Assembly: GCA_037190965.1 (NCBI GenBank)
Contig: JBBCKI010000072.1
Location: forward strand, 32,001-96,000
DNA from: Chthoniobacteraceae bacterium
GTDB lineage: Bacteria > Verrucomicrobiota > Verrucomicrobiia > Chthoniobacterales > Chthoniobacteraceae
DNA: 64,000 bases
Direction of reading: 5' to 3'
Part shown: positions 40,795 through 50,172 of the stretch, piece after piece
Layout: the number at the start of each line of letters is the position of its first letter
How positions within the stretch are numbered: the stretch's first letter is position 1
Translations under genes and position numbers: made by a program
The notes under the pieces: model-generated
The model's database searches: none
What the model was told of the DNA's origin: nothing
The model's input: only the letters and a program-made list of their open reading frames with translations

Positions 40795-42168
40795 ATGAAA
40801 CTCCGTCAACTCATGCAGGAGAACCGGCTCACGCTTGGGCTGGCGTCTCCGATGATTGCGGGGCAGCTCGGGCAGATGATGATGGGATGGGCCGATACGA
40901 TCATGGTTGGGCGGCTCGGGGTCGTGCCCCTGGCGGCTTGCGCTTTCGCCGTCATGGCGGTGCATGTCTTCCTGGTATTCGGTTTCGGGTTGATATCGTC
41001 GGTGTCGATCCGTGTTTCGCACGCATTTGGTGCAAAGAAGCCGCGCGAGACGGGAGAAGTCTTGATCGCCGGCATCTTGATGGGATTGCTGACCGGCTTG
41101 GTGATGGTAGGGCTGATGTATTTGGCTGTTCCATGGCTCCCACTCCTGGGGCAAGATCCTCAGGTGCTTACCGAAGGCCGTGGCTTTATGCTCCTCCTCG
41201 GGTGGTCGATCATCCCTGCGTTGCTGACGATTGTCGGCAAGGATTTCTCCGAGGCACTCTCACGTCCATGGCTTCCATTCTGGATCATGATGGGCGGTGT
41301 GGGGCTCAATATTTTCCTGAACTGGTTGCTCATCTATGGCCGTTGGGGCATGCCTTCCCTGGGCCTCGCTGGTGCGGGTGTTGGTACTCTCGTGGCGCGC
41401 ATCGCGGTGGTAATCACTCTTTTCGCAGCACTCTTCCTTGGCAAAAGCTACCGACCTTACCTCGTTAAAAGCATTTCGCGAAGCGATCTTTGGCACCAGC
41501 TTGGCTCGCTTTTCCGACTTGGCTGGCCCTCGGCGTTGCATCTGTTGGGAGAGGTCGGCTTGTTTGCCGCAGCAACCTTGATGATGGGGTGGATCGGAGT
41601 GACCGCGCTGGCCGCGCATCAGGTGGCCCTTACCTGCGCCTCGACGGCCTTTATGTTTCCGCTCGGGCTTGCATTCGCCGTCACGGTGAGGGTTGGGCAA
41701 TCCCTGGGGGCGCGCGAGTTGCACCGCATTCGGCCGATCACCTTCGGGGCGCTGGGGATTGGGGTGTTGATGATGAGCAGCTTCGCGTTGTTCTTCATCA
41801 CCGGCGGGGCATGGCTCGCCCGTTGGTTTGTGGATGACCCTGCGGTGGCAGCCCTCGCCACGATGTTGTTGATGATCGCCGGGTTCTTTTCGCTCTTCGA
41901 CGGCTGCCAGATCATCGCGATGGGTGGTTTGCGCGGCCTGGCTGATGTGCGCGTGCCGATGATCTTTGTCTACGTGGCCTACTGGGCAATCGCACTCCCT
42001 TCGGCGTACTCGCTCGCTTTCCACGCAGGTTGGGGGGCATCCGGAGTCTGGGTCGGCCTGCTGATCGGGCTTTTCTGCACCGCAGTGGCCATTGTCACCC
42101 GCTTCTGTCTGACCAGCGGGAGGCCCGTGGCTTTCTCCGTGAGCCGCGAGGCGGCGGAAGTATTCTAA
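40795..42168 (+). CDS. MATE family efflux transporter
   Basis: DTIMVGRLG, AAHQVAL and RVGQSLG motifs; many transmembrane helices. Confidence 0.93.
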   Translation: MKLRQLMQENRLTLGLASPMIAGQLGQMMMGWADTIMVGRLGVVPLAACAFAVMAVHVFLVFGFGLISSVSIRVSHAFGAKKPRETGEVLIAGILMGLLTGLVMVGLMYLAVPWLPLLGQDPQVLTEGRGFMLLLGWSIIPALLTIVGKDFSEALSRPWLPFWIMMGGVGLNIFLNWLLIYGRWGMPSLGLAGAGVGTLVARIAVVITLFAALFLGKSYRPYLVKSISRSDLWHQLGSLFRLGWPSALHLLGEVGLFAAATLMMGWIGVTALAAHQVALTCASTAFMFPLGLAFAVTVRVGQSLGARELHRIRPITFGALGIGVLMMSSFALFFITGGAWLARWFVDDPAVAALATMLLMIAGFFSLFDGCQIIAMGGLRGLADVRVPMIFVYVAYWAIALPSAYSLAFHAGWGASGVWVGLLIGLFCTAVAIVTRFCLTSGRPVAFSVSREAAEVF

Positions 42169-42245
42169 TCATCCACGAGCTGATCCATCGTAATCAACCA
42201 TTCGCTTTGCTTGCGGTTTCCGGGTGATTCGCGCATGTTTGGGTA

Positions 42246-42635
42246 ATGCAAGTGACGTTGTTGAAGTCGAAGATTCACCGGCCCGCCGTAACCGGTGCCA
42301 GTCTGCATTACGAGGGGAGCCTCACGATTTCGGCGGATTTGGCCGAGCAGGTCGGGCTTTTGCCCTATGAGCGAATTCTCGTGAGCAACATGGGCAACGG
42401 GGAGCGGTTCGAGACTTACGTGATCTATGGAAAACGCGGAGAAGGGATCATCGAGCTGAACGGCGCCACCGCTCATCTCGGCAAAGTCGGCGATCGGCTC
42501 ACCATCATGAATTTTGGGTGGTACACCCCGGAAGAAGCGGCCGCCCACAAGCCACGCGTCATCGTCCTGAACGAACGCAACGAAGTGGTGCGTGAGGGAA
42601 TTCAGAACCCTTCCGCTCTTCAGCCTGTCGGCTGA
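42246..42635 (+). CDS. panD: Aspartate 1-decarboxylase
   Basis: KSKIHR, YEGSLTI self-cleavage site, NGERFETY and LNGA motifs. Confidence 0.96.
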   Translation: MQVTLLKSKIHRPAVTGASLHYEGSLTISADLAEQVGLLPYERILVSNMGNGERFETYVIYGKRGEGIIELNGATAHLGKVGDRLTIMNFGWYTPEEAAAHKPRVIVLNERNEVVREGIQNPSALQPVG

Positions 42636-42687
42636 GGCCAGGTGATCGGGGCAGAGCCCCGTTGCTTGCCTTTGGAACGCGTTTGCC

Positions 42688-43272
42688 ATGAAAGGATTTC
42701 TCGAACAACCGGTATTGACCACGGAGCGCCTCCAGTTGCGGCCTTTCGGCCTGGAGGACGCCCCCGACGTGCAGCGGCTCGCGGGGGCTCCCGAGATTGC
42801 CGCCACGACCCTTCGCATCGCCCACCCCTACCCGGTGGGTGCCGCGGAGGTTTTTATTTTCGGGCAGGAATCGGCATTCATTGATGGTCTTGGAGCGACC
42901 TTTGCCGTTGTCGAAGCCACGACCGGCACCCTTTGTGGCTGTGTCGGGCTGGGATGCGATCGAGAGCATTCCCATGCGGAGTTGGGTTACTGGATCGGCG
43001 TTCCCTACTGGGGGCGCGGTTATGCGACCGAAGCCGCCCGGCGAGTCCTGGCCTTCGGTTTCTCTCATTTCGGGCTGCACAGGATCGCCTCCCGGCATTT
43101 TGCCTCCAATCCCGCCTCCGGGCGGGTGTTGCAAAAGATCGGTATGAAATACGAAGGTCGTCGCCGCGAGGCATTCTTTAAGCAGGGACGCGGCTTTGAG
43201 GACAGCCTCGAGTACGGCTTGCTGAGCCGGGAATGGGCGGACTCGATCCGGGGCGGTTTAGAAACGCCGTAA
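42688..43272 (+). CDS. GNAT N-acetyltransferase (RimJ/RimL type)
   Basis: TERLQLRP, ELGYWIG, WGRGYATEA and NPASGRVLQKIG motifs. Confidence 0.92.
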   Translation: MKGFLEQPVLTTERLQLRPFGLEDAPDVQRLAGAPEIAATTLRIAHPYPVGAAEVFIFGQESAFIDGLGATFAVVEATTGTLCGCVGLGCDREHSHAELGYWIGVPYWGRGYATEAARRVLAFGFSHFGLHRIASRHFASNPASGRVLQKIGMKYEGRRREAFFKQGRGFEDSLEYGLLSREWADSIRGGLETP

Positions 43273-43308
43273 CGCTCTGCGCGCGGGCGAAACCCGAAAC
43301 CTGATCGG

Positions 43309-43830
43309 GTGAATGTCCTCTCAAAACTGTTCGATTTAGGAGCATGGTATTTCTCTCCCGGGCTCTCCATTCCGGAGGGAGTGACCCCGGTATCGGGTTT
43401 TAACGCGCAACGTTATCTTGGCCGGTGGTACGAAATCGCCCGGTTCGATCATTTTTTCGAAACGGGTTTGAGTCGCGTGATGGCGGATTATTCGATGCGC
43501 GAGGACGGATCCATCGATGTGTTTAATCAGGGTTTCGACGCCCGTAGGTCGAAATGGCAGGAGGCGCGGGGGATTGCGCGCTTCATGAGCACCCCGGACA
43601 TCGCGAGCCTGAAGGTCTCGTTCTTTTGGCCCATCTGGGGCGCTTATCACGTCTTTGCCCTCGACCATGCGGACTACCGGTGGGCCATGGTTGCCGGGGC
43701 AACCCACTCCTATCTCTGGATCTTGAGCCGGGAGAAAACCATGGAGCCTGACCTGCTGGAGTCTTTGCTCCAGCAGGCTCGGGCTGCGGGGGTCGATACC
43801 GGCAAACTGATGCTCGTCGCTCAGGAGTGA
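43309..43830 (+). CDS. blc: Lipocalin family protein
   Basis: RYLGRWYEIAR, LKVSFFWP and YLWILSR motifs. Confidence 0.9.
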   Translation: MNVLSKLFDLGAWYFSPGLSIPEGVTPVSGFNAQRYLGRWYEIARFDHFFETGLSRVMADYSMREDGSIDVFNQGFDARRSKWQEARGIARFMSTPDIASLKVSFFWPIWGAYHVFALDHADYRWAMVAGATHSYLWILSREKTMEPDLLESLLQQARAAGVDTGKLMLVAQE

Positions 43831-46796
43831 GGCGCCTTGGCTAACCAGTCCGCCACGGCTTTGCATTCCTTTCTCCCCAGCCGGAGGAAAGCGGTCTCAG
43901 CCCACTGCGCCGGTGTGGTCCGGTGCTCTTCATCCGTTAAAGCCGAGTCCGCCCCATTCGCGAGGAGGATCTTGACCAGAGAAAGCTGCCCATGCCATGC
44001 CGCCGCGTGGAGCAGCGTGCCTTTTGACTGGTCGGCATTCCGCCCATTGACCGGCAGCCCTTGCGTGAGCATCCATTCCACCACGGTGGTCTGCCCGGCT
44101 TGGATGGCGGCGACGGCGGTGGCCGGGTCGCGGGCGATCTCCGGATCGAACTCCGCGGCGGCCTGGAGACGCGCCAGATCGCCCAGCGCCGCGTAGACCC
44201 ACGGGGGAGCTTCCGCTCCCTGTTCGAGCAACAGGCGGAGGAGAGGAGCGGTCTCGGCAACGGTTTCAGGGCCAGCCGAGACGATCGACTCCAGAGGCGT
44301 CTGCCCGAAGCGGTCTTTGCGGTCAAGCGGTGCGCCAAGGGCGAGAAGCCGTTGCGCCGCTGCGGTTGTGCGCGCAAAGCGGATCGGCGAAGCAAGGCTG
44401 GGGAAGGCCCGGGTCACGCTCTCCGGATCGCTTTTGAGGAAAGCTTCGACCCGGGCGTCATCGCCCAGCATCAACGCTTCGGGCAGGCCGATGAATGCGC
44501 CGCGTTGCACGAGCGTCTGCGCCATCGCTCGCCGACGGTTATGCAGCGCAAGGAGCAGCGGCGTCCAGCCATCGTAAGACGCATCCTTCCCGTCGATGTC
44601 TGCCCCGGCGGCGATCAACCAGTCGAAGATCGGCCGGTTTCCGCGTTCGATGGCCACATGCAACGCCTGGGGAGTCCCTCCCCAGAGCGGGTGAGGCGCA
44701 GGCTGGCTGATAAGTTCGGGATTTCCGGCGACCATCGTCTTGAGAGAGGCAAGGTCCTCACCCGTGCTCTCGCTGATCGCGCGAAGAAAACGCCGGGGCA
44801 GGTCATCCTGTTCCGGAGCGCGCTTGCCTCCTTTTCCGGTGAGAAAGGCGATCATCGGGTGTCGGCCCCGGTCGATGGCAAACTCAAGCGGGGTCCAGCC
44901 GTCAGCGGCGGGAGCGTTGATGTCCGCGCCGAATCGCAGCAGCACTTCGGCGGTTTCCGGCGTGGAGGACCATTCCCCGCAATGATGCAGCGGCCGCATT
45001 TCTTCCTCCTTCGGGTTGACGGCTTCGACATCCGCGCCCGCTTCGCAAAGAAGGCGGACGATCTCCGCGCTACGCTCGGGGTGCCTGCGGTTGCGACAGG
45101 CCCAGTGTAGCGCCGTCATCCCTTCGGGGTCGGTCGTCTTCGCGGCCTTCGGGTTCTGCTGCAGGCATTCACGCACGCGGTTAAGGAGGCCGAGCGTGCA
45201 GGCGGTCCAAAGATCGATCTCCGCACCCCGGCGAATCAGTTCATCCGCCACCGCCTCGCCTTCCGGGAAGGCCCCGTAAACACAGGCCGCCCGGTAGAGC
45301 GCGGTGCGACCCTCGGCGTCGGGTTGGTTGAGCAATTCGGGCTCGTCCTCGATGCGGCGGATGACCTCTTCCTTCAGGCCGCAACGCGCCAGCGACGGGA
45401 GATCGGCGTCGGTGCCGTGGTCTACCAGCAGTTGGGCAATCTCATGCATGCGAGGGCGGTGCCAGACGCACTTGAACGCGATCCCTTCCACGGCGGTTCC
45501 TTCCCAGCGCGGCGACCAGGGATGGCTGTTGGTGAGCTCGGGGTGCTCGTGGAGGAGCCGGTGCACGGTGTCGATTTCACCCTCGTTAATGGCGTCGAGA
45601 AAACCCTTCGCGGCTTCGGGAGCCACTACCGGGGCAGGGGATGCAGGGGCTGCTGGTGCTCCGAATCGGGAGAGAAGGCGCGTTTCCCTGGCGTTGCAGG
45701 CGGCGTATTCCACCGCCGTAAGCCACTGTGGTTTGCTGGCTCCAGTGTGATCGGGCGGAGCCAGCATCGCTCGGAGGCTCCAGTCGATGCGGCTCGATTC
45801 CCTCTCCAGAAGATGCCGCAGCAGCTTGAAGTGCGCGCCCTTCCACGATTGCACGGCATGGAACAGCGGTGTTTGCGTGCCGGTACCATCTTCGCGGGGC
45901 TCCGCCCGGGCGTTGATATCCGCGCCGCGATCGAGGAGCAGATCGACGCATTCGGTTTCGCCAAAATCAATGGCAAAATGCAACAGCGTGGCTCCTGCGA
46001 GATCGGGATTCCCGCGCCCCGCAAGTTCAGGGAACCGACGGGTGATCAGGCCGGGATCGGCATCGAGAAACCCAGCCAACCGGGCGCGGTCGCCGCGCAG
46101 GATGGCGAGGAAGACGTCGTCCTGGTGCACCGCGCCGTGCTCGATGAGAAGGTCGAGGCAACGATGCCGCGAGGCATTGCTCCCCCGAACATACGTCCAC
46201 GCAGCATGAAAGAAGGGTGTCATCAGGCCATATTTGGTGGGGATCGGCTCGAAGGAGACATCGGCCCCATGGGCGAGGAGATACTCCAGCCCATCGACGT
46301 CCACCCCTTCGCAAACGGCAAAGACGATCGGCCCGTAGTTGCCGCCGTACTGCCCATTGGGGTTGGCCCCGACTTCGATCAGCAGATCGGCAATCGCGTA
46401 CCGGAGGGCGCGGGTGTTGCGTCCGCCCCCGCCGCAGATGCCGCGAGCAAGGGCGAGATCGAGGTCGTGCTGGCCGGGAGTGGCTTGCTTCAGAATCTCT
46501 CGCACGCGGACAATGTCCTTGCGGTTGGCCGCGCTGACCAGCGTGTCGGAGGCCTGGAGAATGATTGGCGGGTTCACGACCGCTTCCACATACGCTTTCA
46601 GCGCGCGCCAGCTTGGGAACCCATATTCCCTGGCGAGGGCGAACTGGGCTTCGGTGAGCTTTGTTGCCGGGGAGGCAACTCTCAAGGTTTTGAGCCGTTG
46701 CTTGGCTTCATTGCGGAGCCGCTCCAGATTGGGGCGAATGGGGAGCGAACGCTTCGATGGCGTTGGCGTCGGAGACGATGAATCAGATTTGGACAT
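43821..46796 (-). CDS. Large ankyrin-repeat protein with conserved N-terminal helical domain
   Basis: Multiple TPLH/TALH ankyrin repeats; N-terminal LP.RPNLERLRNEAK...AQFALAREYGFPSW; SD GGAAGG before ATG 46796. Confidence 0.9.
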   Translation of the reverse strand: MSKSDSSSPTPTPSKRSLPIRPNLERLRNEAKQRLKTLRVASPATKLTEAQFALAREYGFPSWRALKAYVEAVVNPPIILQASDTLVSAANRKDIVRVREILKQATPGQHDLDLALARGICGGGGRNTRALRYAIADLLIEVGANPNGQYGGNYGPIVFAVCEGVDVDGLEYLLAHGADVSFEPIPTKYGLMTPFFHAAWTYVRGSNASRHRCLDLLIEHGAVHQDDVFLAILRGDRARLAGFLDADPGLITRRFPELAGRGNPDLAGATLLHFAIDFGETECVDLLLDRGADINARAEPREDGTGTQTPLFHAVQSWKGAHFKLLRHLLERESSRIDWSLRAMLAPPDHTGASKPQWLTAVEYAACNARETRLLSRFGAPAAPASPAPVVAPEAAKGFLDAINEGEIDTVHRLLHEHPELTNSHPWSPRWEGTAVEGIAFKCVWHRPRMHEIAQLLVDHGTDADLPSLARCGLKEEVIRRIEDEPELLNQPDAEGRTALYRAACVYGAFPEGEAVADELIRRGAEIDLWTACTLGLLNRVRECLQQNPKAAKTTDPEGMTALHWACRNRRHPERSAEIVRLLCEAGADVEAVNPKEEEMRPLHHCGEWSSTPETAEVLLRFGADINAPAADGWTPLEFAIDRGRHPMIAFLTGKGGKRAPEQDDLPRRFLRAISESTGEDLASLKTMVAGNPELISQPAPHPLWGGTPQALHVAIERGNRPIFDWLIAAGADIDGKDASYDGWTPLLLALHNRRRAMAQTLVQRGAFIGLPEALMLGDDARVEAFLKSDPESVTRAFPSLASPIRFARTTAAAQRLLALGAPLDRKDRFGQTPLESIVSAGPETVAETAPLLRLLLEQGAEAPPWVYAALGDLARLQAAAEFDPEIARDPATAVAAIQAGQTTVVEWMLTQGLPVNGRNADQSKGTLLHAAAWHGQLSLVKILLANGADSALTDEEHRTTPAQWAETAFLRLGRKECKAVADWLAKAPHS

Positions 46797-46920
46797 AAAC
46801 CTTCCTTCCAAGGGTGCCCGATGTCCGCGATCCCGGGCGGGAAGTTAGGTTGTTTGTTTGTCGCAAACCGAGTAGGCTTTGCCCTTTACGCGGACCGTTG
46901 GTGTCTCGAATCACCGGGTT
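46797..46920 (-). promoter_or_regulatory. Candidate cis-regulatory structured RNA leader
   Basis: Nested helices plus an alternative pairing that covers the SD sequence. Confidence 0.55.
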
Positions 46921-47197
46921 GGATCATTTGTGAAACCGGCGGCAACGGCAAGGGAAAAATCCAACGGTGCGGTAGCACCGGTAGTCCGCTCGCGCCGCGA
47001 GCGCGGGTTTGACTTTCGTGTCTCCTTGAAAGTCGCATCCCAACAAGTATAGCCCGTTCGGCAGGGATGAATTCAAACGAGCCTCCTGATCGTCTCCCGC
47101 GCTCTCGGCGAGAGCGTGCTACCTTGGCCCGTCCTGCAAAGCACCTCTCCATTTCCAGGATCGCCAAGGGACCTGTTTCGACGGCAGACTCCCTCCC

Positions 47198-47869
47198 GTG
47201 CTTTTCGAAGAAATCGAACTCCTCAACGACCCCGAACCCCGGGGGGCTGCCTTCAACATGGCCCTGGACGAAGCCCTGCTTTTTCATGCGCACGGGCAGA
47301 GACCTCTTCTGCGCGTTTACCGTTGGGTCAGGCCGGCGGTTTCGTTCGGGTACTTCGAGAGGTGGGAGCCTGTCGTGGCGGCAAGCCCGGAGCGCGAAGC
47401 GATCCGTCGCTGGACCGGCGGGGGCGTAGTCCTGCATGGAGAGGATTGGACCTACTCGGTAATTGTCCCCCGAAGTCATCCGTTTGCCCGGAATCGTGCC
47501 ACGGAATCATACCGGGTTCTGCATGCGCTGCTGGCGAAAGCGATGGAGGCGGAAGCCGGAGGACTGGTCCTTACCCCTGAAGCCGCCGAAAAGCGATCCC
47601 GCGCCTGTTTTGAAAATCCGGCTCAATATGATCTCCTGCGCAACGGCGAGAAGATCGCGGGGGCGGCTCAGCGGCGTTCACGCCTCGGGCTCTTGCACCA
47701 GGGGAGCGTGCAAGGGGTTTCGCTACCCTGTCAGTTTGCGGAGCGGTTTGCGGCGGTTCTCGCGGTACGCATCATTCCCCGTGCCGTCACCTCGCAGGAA
47801 TGGGAGGCCGCGTTGCAACTGGAAGAGGCCAAATACGGCACGGAAGCGTGGAACCGTCGGATTGGCTAG
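47198..47869 (+). CDS. Lipoate-protein ligase A family protein
   Basis: NMALDEALL, RRWTGGGVVLH, KIAGAAQRR and LHQGS motifs. Confidence 0.9.
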   Translation: MLFEEIELLNDPEPRGAAFNMALDEALLFHAHGQRPLLRVYRWVRPAVSFGYFERWEPVVAASPEREAIRRWTGGGVVLHGEDWTYSVIVPRSHPFARNRATESYRVLHALLAKAMEAEAGGLVLTPEAAEKRSRACFENPAQYDLLRNGEKIAGAAQRRSRLGLLHQGSVQGVSLPCQFAERFAAVLAVRIIPRAVTSQEWEAALQLEEAKYGTEAWNRRIG

Positions 47870-48114
47870 GTTGTGTGTACGAATTGAGAAAAGTGAGCCT
47901 TCGGTTGCAAGGATTGTGGCGTCGCGGAGCTCCGCCCTCCGTTGGAGGGTATTTCACTCTGGAAGCCTTCACCCTGCGCGCGCTTGCCGCGCGGTAGATG
48001 GAGGGCGGAGCTCCGCGACGCCGCCTATGGCCAAAGGCCCTCTATTCAACGCCTGCTTGTGCGGCCTTTTCTTGACCGCACCGATCTTTCCAAATTCGTA
48101 AACACAACCTAGCC
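47864..48114. mobile_element. MITE-like element containing an inverted REP-like pair
   Basis: 22-bp terminal inverted repeat (21/22 match) and an internal perfect 23-bp inverted repeat. Confidence 0.7.
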
Positions 48115-49347
48115 TTACCTTCCGTGTAAAAAAGCCAAGGCGCTTTTGGCCGCGCGAGTCCCCGTGGCAAAGCATCCTTGCATGAGATAGCCGCCTGTCG
48201 GGGCTTCCCAGTCGATCATCTCGCCCGCGACAAACACGCCGGGGCGTTGCCGAAGCATCAGGCCGTCCGTCAGTTCCTCCCCGCGAACCCCTCCTGCGGA
48301 GGAGATTGCCTCCGCGATGGGGCGAGGGGCACTGAGCGGCAGCCGGAAATCCTTGGTTTCCGCCGCGAGCGCCTCGGCGGAGGCAAACGGCTCGCGGGTT
48401 TCCAGCAGGGCAAAAGCGGCCTCGCTCAAACGCCAACGTCCCCGCGCCTCCGCGAGCCAATTCTTCCGGAGGGGGCCGAGGCGCGCAAGGAGGCTTTTTG
48501 CGCTTGAACCGGGCTTGAGATCGATCGACAGAACGGCCCCTCCCTGTTGCTTTGCTGCCGTTCGCAAAGCCGCGCCAATCTGGTAGAGAGCGCCCCCTTC
48601 CAGGCCGTAGCGAGCAATCATTAGTTCGCCCGTGGCTTCATGATCGCCGCAACGCACGGCAATATTTTTGAGCGGTTTACCCTCTGCTTTGGCAAGAAAC
48701 TCCGGCGTCCATAACGTCTCCGAGACTTCCCAACCGCAGTTCGCCGGTTCGAGCGGGGCAATCGAAATGCCCAGCCTTTCCAGCGTGGAGCACCATTGGC
48801 CATCGGAGCCGGTTTCCGGCCACGATCCGCCACCCAACGCAAGGATGACGGCATCCGCTGAGAAGAGAACGGGGTTGTCGTCCACGGTAAATTCCAGAGA
48901 GATTGGCGTCCCTGGGAGGGCATCCGCGATGCCGGTCCAGCGGTGGTTCATGGCAAACTTCACACCAACCCCCCGGAGTCGCTCGATCCAGCGGCGCAGC
49001 AGGGGAGCCGCTTTCAGGGCCTTGGGATAGACCCGTCCCGTGGAGGCTGCAAAGGTTTCCACCCCCAGGCCCGCCGCCCATGCACGTAGGGCGTCCGCGT
49101 CGAAATCCGCTAGCATTGCCTCCCACTGGGGCGGGGAAAGCCCCGGCCCGGAGTAACGTGTTACAAACTGCTCGCGAGGTTCGGCTTTCGTCAGGTTCAA
49201 CCCGCCGCGTCCGGCCACGAGGAACTTGCGTCCCACGGAACGCTTTGCGTCAAAAAGGGTAACTTCCGCATTGGCTCCAGCGGCTTCGGCGGCCACTTCT
49301 GCCGCGCGCAAACCGGCCGGGCCGCCGCCAACCACTGCAATCTTCAT
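48115..49347 (-). CDS. HI0933-like flavoprotein (second paralogue)
   Basis: GGGPAG, GRKFLVAGRGGLNLT, AISSAGGV and WEAPTGGYL motifs. Confidence 0.92.
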   Translation of the reverse strand: MKIAVVGGGPAGLRAAEVAAEAAGANAEVTLFDAKRSVGRKFLVAGRGGLNLTKAEPREQFVTRYSGPGLSPPQWEAMLADFDADALRAWAAGLGVETFAASTGRVYPKALKAAPLLRRWIERLRGVGVKFAMNHRWTGIADALPGTPISLEFTVDDNPVLFSADAVILALGGGSWPETGSDGQWCSTLERLGISIAPLEPANCGWEVSETLWTPEFLAKAEGKPLKNIAVRCGDHEATGELMIARYGLEGGALYQIGAALRTAAKQQGGAVLSIDLKPGSSAKSLLARLGPLRKNWLAEARGRWRLSEAAFALLETREPFASAEALAAETKDFRLPLSAPRPIAEAISSAGGVRGEELTDGLMLRQRPGVFVAGEMIDWEAPTGGYLMQGCFATGTRAAKSALAFLHGR

Positions 49348-49359
49348 AGACCCCGTAGT

Positions 49360-50172
49360 TCACAAGGGTCCACACGCCGCGTCGAGCATCTTGTGGAGCG
49401 GTTTCTCCGCGATTCTCATATACATGGCGGAGTCCAGCTCCCAAGCGTGGCGCAAGGTATCGAGATGGTCGGCGGGCAGTACGGCGGGGCGGGGTAGCGA
49501 GGGGTCGTACGGCAGTTCCAGCGTCACCATCGCGGGGGCGCTGCCGTCGGGGTAACGCAGCCCGTAGCCGCACCATTGGCCGAGCGAACCGGGGCAAACC
49601 TGCGTTTCGAAGCCCGGGTCGGGTGCGTCCTCCCAGACGCGAAACCGGTACGGCGCGCGTTCTTCTTCGCTGAGCGCCTCCCACATCGCTCTGGCGAGGG
49701 GCGTGGATTGCGGCCCGTCGGCATCGATCTCCGCCAGCGCCCAATGCAGGCTGACGATGCGGCTGGGGCGCATTTCGATAATCAGGTCGCGCAACGCACG
49801 GCTCTCCGGTTCCGACCACGGGGCGGGTCCCGGCGGCTCTTCGCTCGATGGGCTCCAGTTCGTTTCACAATTGCGATTCAGGTCAACCCGGTTGGCGTTG
49901 TACCGGCTGTTGCGCGCGTATCCGTCGGGGTTGGCCACCGGAATGGCGGCAACGCCGAGATTAGGTGCACCCGGGCGCAGGCGATTTTCCAGAAAGGACT
50001 CAAGAACGAGCACCGTCGCGCGTTCGTCGCCGTGCAGCCCTCCGATCAGGAGCGTTCCGCCCGCGGGATCCCCTTTGCCATGGAGAAAAAGATCCCGTCC
50101 TTCTACCGATTGCCCGTAAATTCGGGTGAAAAGGGGGGTTGAGTTACCGAGGTTCCGCCCGGAAAGTGTCAT
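49360..50172 (-). CDS. mpaA: M14 zinc carboxypeptidase, murein tripeptide amidase MpaA-like (start uncertain)
   Basis: GQSVEGR, HGDE, NPDG, NANRVDLNRN and SEPE motifs; adjacent to an Ala-Glu epimerase. Confidence 0.8.
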   Translation of the reverse strand: MTLSGRNLGNSTPLFTRIYGQSVEGRDLFLHGKGDPAGGTLLIGGLHGDERATVLVLESFLENRLRPGAPNLGVAAIPVANPDGYARNSRYNANRVDLNRNCETNWSPSSEEPPGPAPWSEPESRALRDLIIEMRPSRIVSLHWALAEIDADGPQSTPLARAMWEALSEEERAPYRFRVWEDAPDPGFETQVCPGSLGQWCGYGLRYPDGSAPAMVTLELPYDPSLPRPAVLPADHLDTLRHAWELDSAMYMRIAEKPLHKMLDAACGPL

